64,000 bases of DNA from Planctomycetota bacterium (lineage in GTDB: Bacteria; Planctomycetota; PLA2; JAEUHO01). Made by a program: the position numbers and the translations under genes. Under the pieces are notes generated by a model, which saw only the letters and a program-made list of their open reading frames with translations, searched no databases and had not been told where the DNA came from. Below, piece after piece: positions 56,501 through 64,000 of the stretch. The stretch spans positions 128,001 to 192,000 of the forward strand of contig CBDCTJ010000001.1 in assembly GCA_965222115.1 (NCBI GenBank), given 5' to 3'. Within the stretch, counting starts at the first letter, position 1, and the number at the start of each line of letters is the position of its first letter.

Positions 56501-57753
56501 AGCGCCTCATTGAAGCTGCGGTAGATGCCGTCGTAAGCCCTAATTGCGCGAGTCAGCGAAAATCTATCTCGGCTTGACGACTTGATTTCATCTCGCGAGG
56601 TCGCGATGCTGCCGACAAGAGCGGCACAACGCAAGATCTCAGAAGAACTATCGTCCCGCAAAACGGCGCCGTTCATGCCCTCGCTGAGAATCTGATTGAT
56701 GTCCCCAATACCGGTGTTTGACACGACCGGTAGACCACACGCCAAATATTCGCCTAACTTGGTAGCCGATACACCAAGACTAGAGCCCGTACGGATAACA
56801 AAAGATAATCCGACATCGGAGGCACTTAGCAGTTGGGGAACATCCGCATGGGGCACTCGGACGCAAGTCACCTCAGACGGGTGGAGCTGAATGCCGAATC
56901 TGGCAGCGCGCGTAGCGTGGGAGGCCGCATCGTGGTTGCCGACAAACAAGAGCCGCCCCTTCCCGGCGCCACTGCGCACCGCGTCAAAGAACCGATACAC
57001 CAGATCTATTCGATAGACCTCACTCGCTGAACCGAGCCAGGTCACGACCGGTTCATCTTCGCTTACGTTCAACTCCGCTCGCCTCCTAGCACGTGCTTCT
57101 GGATCAAACGTAAAATGCGCCTGATCGACGCAACACGGGATTACTGAGACTGGGGCACCGCGATAGGCAGCGTGCGATTCTACGACTTCCTTAGCATCTT
57201 CAGTGAGTACAACGATTGCTGCAGATTGCTCGAGCCCCATACTTTCCAGTTTTCGGAAGTACCGGATAATCGCTCGCGTAAGGGGTCTAGCTGGATTCCA
57301 AATTCCGCTTTCGACTCGTTGATCTATCCAAAATCCGCGCATGTCAAACAGGAGAGGCAAAGACTCCCTCTTCGACACCCGTAGCGCCGATGAGAGTGGC
57401 ATGTAGCTCCGACAATGAATGAGATCTGGTCGCTCTTGCGCCACTAGCCTGGCCAGCCGGCGGCGCAATCGGCAAGGAACTAGAAATCGGTCAATTGCGC
57501 CCCAAACCCCATTACGACGAGTGATGGCTGCGAGTTCAATACCTTGGGATTCAATGTCCGAGATTGCACTCGTCGAAGCCAATGCGCGATGCGATTCAAC
57601 AGTGAGGGCACGGACTTGATGTCCAAGATTGGCGAGCCCATCGAGATAAGGCAATACCTGCGAACGCCCGATGCCATCCAAGATTCCATTGTTGCTTACA
57701 AATATCGACCGAGCAGGACGGCGAACATAGCCACGAAAGGAGTCTCTAGACAT
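56497..57753 (-). CDS. Glycosyltransferase family 4
   Basis: SQVLPYL, HCRSY, FDMRGFW, IPCCVD, TKLGEYLACGLPVV. Confidence 0.9.
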   Translation of the reverse strand: MSRDSFRGYVRRPARSIFVSNNGILDGIGRSQVLPYLDGLANLGHQVRALTVESHRALASTSAISDIESQGIELAAITRRNGVWGAIDRFLVPCRLRRRLARLVAQERPDLIHCRSYMPLSSALRVSKRESLPLLFDMRGFWIDQRVESGIWNPARPLTRAIIRYFRKLESMGLEQSAAIVVLTEDAKEVVESHAAYRGAPVSVIPCCVDQAHFTFDPEARARRRAELNVSEDEPVVTWLGSASEVYRIDLVYRFFDAVRSGAGKGRLLFVGNHDAASHATRAARFGIQLHPSEVTCVRVPHADVPQLLSASDVGLSFVIRTGSSLGVSATKLGEYLACGLPVVSNTGIGDINQILSEGMNGAVLRDDSSSEILRCAALVGSIATSRDEIKSSSRDRFSLTRAIRAYDGIYRSFNEAL

Positions 57754-58731
57754 CCGAGCCCCTCTCGCAGTTAGCTCGCCAGCGATCTAGTTCACCTGGA
57801 CTGAGAAAAGAGCGGACTATCCAGTGCTGCGCCATCCTAAAGGCACTCTTTTGTACTCTGCATCCGCTGAAACTTGCTGTTGGCATTAATTGGCATCCGA
57901 TCGGTGTGAACGGCAGGACTGGTTTGCAAATCCACAGTTTCGCGCTCGTCAGTGTCAGATGCGACGCGCATTCCTTACTTGTCCTCATGTCTCCTGTTCT
58001 AGTTGCAGGACACCCGACAAATCTACTTCAGCCAGTGACGTGCCACCTATATATAACTCCGCCTTGAACGACGAGTACAGAACCTGGCCATTCGCGCATC
58101 TCTATGCTCCCAATCGGTCAGACAACGATCACGCCAAGTTTGCCCGGGCGAGCCCAATGTGTTCTCGTCTCGGTAACCGATTGGGCGATCTTACATTTGA
58201 CTTCCAGAGTCTAATAAGATGGCGGGCCCGAGATTTCCGCTTAGAGCGATCAGCCCTGAGGTCGCGCGGCCATTGCCACAAATGCGCGCCAGCGCCACAA
58301 CTGACTGTCGAACCGCTGTTCCCTGTAGAGAGACTCTGAACGGATGGGAATTGGACGGACGTATTTTGGCCGAACAACCGCGGAGTATGGACGGTGTGTT
58401 CTACGCTCTAGAGTACCGGAATCTAGCCGAACACATCGATCCCCCTGGAGTCGAGCAGCAAGTACTTGAAGTACTAAAAGTACTAACCCATACATCCCTT
58501 GTCGCGAGTCACTGTGCTGACGGGGTGTCCTGAGGTCCGGCTGAACACTTAGAGCCGCTCTCATTCTCGAATCCGTTGTTGCGGTTCTCGCTCGGGAGCG
58601 AGTAGTGGACTAGGATTTGACTGACGAGCAAATTACAGGGATCTACAATCTCGCTGTGAACTGCCAAGATGGCACTAGGGCGTAATGGTCCATTTTGCAC
58701 AACTTCGAGCCGTTAGGACAAAGGGATAAAG

Positions 58732-59970
58732 ATGTTTATCGACGCGCTAGTCGCCACTGCAATCTGCGCGTTAGGGACCGCGATATGGCTAGCACTTTCG
58801 AGTCGTTGGCGCAATAAGATTGGCACAGGTGCGACGGCAGTGTTCGTGATCGCACTAATTCTTCGCCTAGCACTGGCAGTAATTTACTCGGCAGGCGCTG
58901 AATACGAGATGGGGCTGACGAAGGACGGATTCGGCTATGATCGAGACGGATGGAGCATAGCCAAGTCATGGCAGGGCTTGGCACCACCTGTCGATCGACC
59001 GCTTCGTGATCACGCCTACTACAATGTGGTCGCCGCTGTTTACTACGTATTCGGGCACATTCCGCTTGCCGCAAAAGCGATTAACTGCTTGGCGGGAGCC
59101 CTCGTTGCCATCACTGTTCTGTCGATTGCGTACAGCGTATATGGAAATCGACGGCTCGCGCTGGTCGCAGGAGCCATTACGGCATGTATGCCCTCCTTCG
59201 TTCATTGGTCATCACTGTTGATCAAGGACGCATTAGCCACACTAGCGGTACTTGCGATCGTACATGGGACCATGCGCATTCGGCACTACGGCTTAAACGT
59301 GCCGGGGATTCTGCAGGTGGGTGTAGGACTCCTCACTGTCGTCGGCCTTCGGGCATATCTTGTACCGATACTTTCGATTTGCGTTGTCATCGCACTGATG
59401 ACATTCCCCCTTCGTTCTCGCAAGAGCGTCCACTTCGCGAACGGTGCGCTAGCAGCGACAGCCGTTCTTCTGCTTGCCTTCACTGTGGGTGGGGGGTGGT
59501 TCGGCATGGAGATCTTGGAAGAAGAAGAGCTAACGAATATAGAACGAATCGCTCACTTACGAAACAAGTTGGGTCGAGGGCAGGGTGGCTTTGGCAGCGG
59601 GGATAATTTCTCAACCATACCTGAGCAGATCGCTTCTGTAGGGCGCGGAATCGGATACTTCTTCGTCGGAATTAATGTGCTGAATCCAACGAGCGGCCGA
59701 CAACTTGCAGCGTTACCAGAGGCCATCGCGGCGCTCGCGCTCCTACCGTTTGTATTGGTTGGGATTTGGCGCACCCTCCGTTACCGAATGCGCCAGGCGA
59801 TTCCGGCCCTAGGTGTTGGCATTGCAGTAATGCTGGCCTACAGCACTGTAACAACGAACGCAGGACCTCTTTATCGGTGGCGGATGCAGGTGCTTCCCAT
59901 TTTTATCATGTTTGGAGTTGCGGGAGTGATGCGTTCGTGGATCAAAAGTAGCGAGGAGAACACTTCATGA
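58732..59970 (+). CDS. Polytopic membrane protein (GT-C/Wzy-like, polysaccharide locus)
   Basis: About 10 TM segments; DGFGYD, KDAL, RAYL, RWRMQVLP; AAGGGA RBS. Confidence 0.65.
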   Translation: MFIDALVATAICALGTAIWLALSSRWRNKIGTGATAVFVIALILRLALAVIYSAGAEYEMGLTKDGFGYDRDGWSIAKSWQGLAPPVDRPLRDHAYYNVVAAVYYVFGHIPLAAKAINCLAGALVAITVLSIAYSVYGNRRLALVAGAITACMPSFVHWSSLLIKDALATLAVLAIVHGTMRIRHYGLNVPGILQVGVGLLTVVGLRAYLVPILSICVVIALMTFPLRSRKSVHFANGALAATAVLLLAFTVGGGWFGMEILEEEELTNIERIAHLRNKLGRGQGGFGSGDNFSTIPEQIASVGRGIGYFFVGINVLNPTSGRQLAALPEAIAALALLPFVLVGIWRTLRYRMRQAIPALGVGIAVMLAYSTVTTNAGPLYRWRMQVLPIFIMFGVAGVMRSWIKSSEENTS

Positions 59971-60250
59971 CGTATGCCTGCACGCGTCGGCAAGGCCTGC
60001 CCAAGCTCAAGAAAGATCAGCGTGGCGAGAGTACTTCGCGTCGGGCGAACTCGCGGCTCTTCGAATTTGATCGGAGTGAACTCGTGGTAGTGTCTGGGGC
60101 GAATTTCGAAGGCCCACTCACGGATTTCGCAAGGCAAGTCTTCGAGATTTCAGCGACGGTCGCGCGGGCCACAATCGAGCTAACGCCCGCGACATTGAGG
60201 TATGGAGTGGTCAACTGTGGGACTAGAGTCTGGAGCGATGGGAATCACAG

Positions 60251-61006
60251 ATGAGTGAGAGTTTCGACGACACGCACTCTGCAAATCTCTCAACTCTCAC
60301 TGTGCAAGACAAGTTTGAGATACGTGTCAAAGACACTCTGTTTGGGGCCCCAGTACCTAGGTGGGTCTATCGCACTCTATGGCGAGGAGGGGATCCAGTT
60401 GTCGCCCAGTTTCACGAGCACCATGCCATTTTCGTTCATATACCGAAGACTGCCGGGAGCAGCGTGGCAAATGCCCTCTTTGGGAGTCAGGTGGGCCATC
60501 GCCCAATCCGTCGCCACCTTGCTTACCACCCAGTCCTAGTTAGGTCCTACTTCAAATTTGCATTCGTCAGGAACCCATGGGACCGACTACACTCTGCATA
60601 CAAATACTTCGCAAACTCGGTTGGATCTAGAGCGCATCGCGATCATCGCTGGGCAAATGAGCATATCGCTCCTTTCGGCTCGTTTCTAGAATTCGTATCT
60701 GCGCTGGACAGACCCTCGTTCGCCAAACGAGTCAGACGCTACTCTCACTTTCGAGATCAGTTGGACTGGGTCGTCGATCCACGCACGGGTGAAGTCGCCC
60801 TGGATTTCATAGGTAGATTCGAGTCACTTGCCGAGGATTTCGCGGAAATTTGCCGTCGACTTGAGGTAGACGTAGCGCTCCCGCACCGGAGGCCGAGTGG
60901 AGGCGGCGACTATCGATCCGAGTACGACGCACATTCAATAGAGATCATCCGCAAGGTCTATGTACGAGACATCGACGCCTTTGGCTACGACTTCGCGGAT
61001 TACTAG
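60251..61006 (+). CDS. Sulfotransferase family 2
   Basis: FVHIPKTAGSSV, FAFVRNPWDRLHSAY, DFIGRFESLAEDF, DIDAFGY. Confidence 0.9.
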   Translation: MSESFDDTHSANLSTLTVQDKFEIRVKDTLFGAPVPRWVYRTLWRGGDPVVAQFHEHHAIFVHIPKTAGSSVANALFGSQVGHRPIRRHLAYHPVLVRSYFKFAFVRNPWDRLHSAYKYFANSVGSRAHRDHRWANEHIAPFGSFLEFVSALDRPSFAKRVRRYSHFRDQLDWVVDPRTGEVALDFIGRFESLAEDFAEICRRLEVDVALPHRRPSGGGDYRSEYDAHSIEIIRKVYVRDIDAFGYDFADY

Positions 61007-61301
61007 TCGCCATAGCGTCACCCGTCCCCCATCCTCTGACGATTGGGCGTACCTACGAAGCTTGATTGGGGACTCGAAATTAATCGAAATCTTCTGCTCC
61101 GCGCCGGTTGAAGTGTGTGAACAACGTGACGACGAGAGATTGTATACGCACGAGCCGGCGAGATTACTAATTTTTGAGGAATAAGTGCGCCCTACTAACC
61201 GCCGACATCGCCGGATGTCAACATACCCACTCATGAAATCAGCAATAGTGAAGCAGCCGAGAAGAGTATGTACGATGCTTGCGCGGCGAGGATTCACTTG
61301 A
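61007..61301 (+). pseudogene. Decayed remnant of a cysNC 3' end (APS kinase C-terminus)
   Basis: SDDWAYLRSLIGDSKLIEIFCSAPVEVCEQRDDERLY...EITNF...APY*PPTSPDVNIPTHEIS...RRGF* aligns to the cysNC C-terminus (46410-46710) with frameshifts and a stop. Confidence 0.88.
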
Positions 61302-61348
61302 CTTTTTCACAGAAACAGCAGACCAATCAGAATTATGGAACGCACGTT

Positions 61349-62569
61349 TCAATCCTCGGCGCTGCCCCCTCGTCGAAAAAGTAGTCGCCAAGCGTAGTAT
61401 CGCCATTGTGTCAGTGCGGGAGCTCGATCATCACGAGCGAAGATGGCGCCCACAGTTTTGCGAGCTCGTCTCCTCCGCCTGTCACGCCAGTCACCGAGCA
61501 GCCGCAACTGAGAGTGTCCCATCCGAAATCTAGCAAATTGACGCTGCCACCACGCTGCTAGTGAACGAACGAAGAAGCGCCAGCGAACACCGTCTTCCTG
61601 ATGCTCTTCGTACTTTTGGCTATTCGATAGTAACGAAGCCAACGTACAAAACTGACTATATATGGGGTCAACGCCAGAGGCGCTCGCAAGTCCAAACCAC
61701 AGGCATGGGCGCGGGTTGACTTCAATGAGTTTCCATCTGCCGGTCCTACTATCGCGCTTCCACTCGGTACCGCAGACGCCCTCATACCCGATCGCTTCCA
61801 GGAATCGAGCACTCTCCGCAACGACTTCGTCTACGCGCTCACTAATCACAACCGCAGCAGACCCGAATCCGACTGGATGCTGATGAATCTTGCGGGCAGA
61901 AAACGAGGAGCAGACGCCCTCCTTGCGTTCCCTGTGAATCGCGCAAACCACGATTTCGGACTCAGGCCCGGGGACGACTTCTTGAAACAAGAAATCGTCG
62001 ATCTCTCCAACCTCACGCATCAACCGATGCAATTCACTCTCTCCATTCACCCCGATGACCTTCTTCCCATCGAGCCTCGATGCCCATCTGTGTATCGACT
62101 TCGGCTTCGCTACCAACGGAAATTCTATAGATCGCCCGGAATCCAACTCGCGACGAAGCTGTGTCGAGGTCCAGGTCTTCGGCCTAGGAACTCCGTGTCT
62201 ATCGCAGAGCGCTTTCAGACTTTCCTTATTCATCAGCGAAAGCGCATTGCCATCCGAATAACAGGTTGCGAGCTCAAAGACTTCAACAAGCGCTTTGTGA
62301 TGGCGAGCCACAAACTCAACATAGAAGTCGCTTGTCGGAATTACAACGGGTCGACTCTCGTAACCCAGAAACCGAGAGACCAGATAGCTGCACAGTGCCG
62401 CGTCGTGCAACCCTCTCGTATCTAAGACGCGGCAGTACTTGCTTGCTCCTCCCACGGTAAAGCGACGTTCGTCCACACCAAATAGGATGGCACCATGCCT
62501 TCCAAGCTCACGTACGACTGCAAGTCCAGTGGGTGACAGCCCCAGGACAACTCCGACTGAGCTCATCAT
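61349..62569 (-). CDS. ATP-grasp carboxylate-amine ligase (D-aspartate ligase-like)
   Basis: GLAVVRELGRHG, PTSD, FPLVAKP, FQEVVPG, TEWKRD, IEVNPR. Confidence 0.85.
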   Translation of the reverse strand: MMSSVGVVLGLSPTGLAVVRELGRHGAILFGVDERRFTVGGASKYCRVLDTRGLHDAALCSYLVSRFLGYESRPVVIPTSDFYVEFVARHHKALVEVFELATCYSDGNALSLMNKESLKALCDRHGVPRPKTWTSTQLRRELDSGRSIEFPLVAKPKSIHRWASRLDGKKVIGVNGESELHRLMREVGEIDDFLFQEVVPGPESEIVVCAIHRERKEGVCSSFSARKIHQHPVGFGSAAVVISERVDEVVAESARFLEAIGYEGVCGTEWKRDSRTGRWKLIEVNPRPCLWFGLASASGVDPIYSQFCTLASLLSNSQKYEEHQEDGVRWRFFVRSLAAWWQRQFARFRMGHSQLRLLGDWRDRRRRRARKTVGAIFARDDRAPALTQWRYYAWRLLFRRGGSAED

Positions 62570-63532
62570 CTATTCCTGAGAACGTTTGACGCGGAGCAGC
62601 GCGTCCTTCAATCGCACCACCCCCCGCAGATCTTTGAGCCAGTAGATATCTAGCGATCCTCGAAGAATGCCCTCCAGTATCTGATCGGAGTCGCCCGTTT
62701 CTACTACATTTCTACACAACTCCAAGGCTGGCGTTCCCTGTACGTTCTTGCCCGCTCGCGTAGAAAAGGCAACGCGGTATCCAACGTCTCGAAGCATCGA
62801 CGTGTGTTCATTTCGATAGGCGCCTGATGGATACGCCCAAGCGTCTACCGCGCGACCGATTCGATCTTCAATCAACTCTTTCGAAATCTTCAGCTCTGTA
62901 AGGCACTCGCGATCCGTCAACTCAGTGAATTTTCTGTGAGTCATTCCATGTGATCCTATGGAGATACCTTGATCGGCAAGCTCTCTCACTTGACTCCAAT
63001 TCATAAGCCGCGACTCTGCAGCGCTTAGACCATATCGTACATCGTGCGGGAGCTGTGCTTGAGATTCGACAAGCCCGGCCGTAACGAACACTGTAGCTGG
63101 CATGGACATGGCTCTCAACGCAGGCCATGCCTCGGTATAGTTATCTAGGTACCCATCGTCAAACGTGATGAGAAGCTCGTGATCTCCACAATGAATGGCG
63201 CCTGAGACTACTTGGATATCTTCAAGCGAAATCACTCGGTACTTTGAGCGACGGATTGCATCTAGGTGGGACTGGAATCGCGCAGGCGATACTCTAAGAG
63301 GTTGGCGTTCATGGAGGTTTACGCGGTGGTACATTAGTGCTCGAACGCCACATACATCGCGTGATCTTTGCATCCTACTGGCTCTGATCAAGAGTAGCCG
63401 CATGAAGCGCTTGACTCGCTTCTCCCAGTGAAAGTCTCTAATGGAGGAATGGTCCTGAGCAGAAGCCATGAGGTAGTTACCGAGTCTCCAAGCATTTTGA
63501 GAGATGTACAACCGCTGGGCCGTGTTTGGCAC
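62570..63532 (-). CDS. Polysaccharide deacetylase (CE4/NodB)
   Basis: LMYHRV, ITFDDGYLDNY, IGSHGMTH, AYPSG; true start probably downstream of 63532. Confidence 0.9.
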   Translation of the reverse strand: MPNTAQRLYISQNAWRLGNYLMASAQDHSSIRDFHWEKRVKRFMRLLLIRASRMQRSRDVCGVRALMYHRVNLHERQPLRVSPARFQSHLDAIRRSKYRVISLEDIQVVSGAIHCGDHELLITFDDGYLDNYTEAWPALRAMSMPATVFVTAGLVESQAQLPHDVRYGLSAAESRLMNWSQVRELADQGISIGSHGMTHRKFTELTDRECLTELKISKELIEDRIGRAVDAWAYPSGAYRNEHTSMLRDVGYRVAFSTRAGKNVQGTPALELCRNVVETGDSDQILEGILRGSLDIYWLKDLRGVVRLKDALLRVKRSQE

Positions 63533-63552
63533 AATGGAAACAGAAGTGGAAC

Positions 63553-64000
63553 TCAGGTCGAGGTTCGATCCAGCTCATCGTAGAGCGACAGTAGCGTATC
63601 GACGTACCTGGCGGGATCGTGGTTACGTTTGGCATTTTCGCGTCCCGCAAACCCCATGCGTACGCGGAGTTCTTTGCTCGTGACTAACTCTTTAAGCCGA
63701 GCGGCGAGCGCAGACACGCTCCCGGGCTCAACGAGGAAGCCTTCTACTCCATCACTTATGAGCTCCGGAATGCCGCCCGTGTGGCTCGCTACTATTGGAA
63801 TCCCAAACGCCATCGCCTCCACCACGGCGATTCCTAGCCCCTCGCTCATCGAAGGAAACGCGAATATGTCATATGAACTCAACCAATAGGTTACGTCCAT
63901 CTGTGATCCAGCGAACTGGACACTTTGCTCAAGCCCTAGGTCCCGAACTTGACGTTCAAGCACCGGCCGACGCGCCCCCTCACCTACTATGGCGAGACGC
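63553..64000 (-). CDS. Glycosyltransferase family 4, C-terminal part (5'-truncated)
   Basis: PSMSEGLGIAVVEAMAFGIPIVASHTGGIPE; frame open to the window end. Confidence 0.9.
   Translation of the reverse strand, partial: RLAIVGEGARRPVLERQVRDLGLEQSVQFAGSQMDVTYWLSSYDIFAFPSMSEGLGIAVVEAMAFGIPIVASHTGGIPELISDGVEGFLVEPGSVSALAARLKELVTSKELRVRMGFAGRENAKRNHDPARYVDTLLSLYDELDRTST

Noticed and set aside
59967-60254. 95-aa ORF bridging two plus-strand genes with stop/start overlaps
   Set aside because: No motif or convincing composition; may be a gene or IS remnant but cannot be supported.
1-64000. tRNA, rRNA, CRISPR array, integrase or transposase genes
   Set aside because: No cloverleaf, repeat-spacer periodicity or recombinase motifs seen by eye; a tRNAscan/CRISPR/Rfam run would be needed to exclude them fully.

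Overview
Bacterial window with about 50 CDSs and no rRNA, tRNA or CRISPR array that I can support. The organism is probably a diderm Planctomycetota-like bacterium; this is inferred from HEAT/TPR-rich exported proteins, a large membrane Ser/Thr kinase and DUF1570-like proteins. 1-17.5 kb: EF-G paralogue, LPS core/lipid A genes (MsbA-like ABC, GT2/GT4, three Kdo/WaaP-type kinase domains, GT9 heptosyltransferase) and a secreted protein with thioester-domain motifs. 17.5-33 kb: FHA/Ser-Thr kinase/HEAT signalling operon, exported proteins, cstA, PAP2+ArnT. 33-43 kb is the most novel region: a split lasso-peptide-like RiPP toolkit (PqqD/RRE, a PRMT-fold methyltransferase with an RRE-like tail, an HPr-kinase-like kinase, a B2 leader peptidase and an ABC exporter). 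It has no cyclase and no recognisable precursor in the window, and it is interrupted by two paralogous outer-membrane beta-barrel lipoproteins and a GT4. 43-64 kb: a lower-GC mosaic sulfated surface-polysaccharide locus (wbpA/wbpP-like, FkbM, cysC-cysD-cysNC, two sulfotransferases, wzx, rmlA/rmlB, GTs, ATP-grasp, deacetylase) with a decayed second copy of the cysNC 3' end. All calls come from motif reading only; no database search was run.
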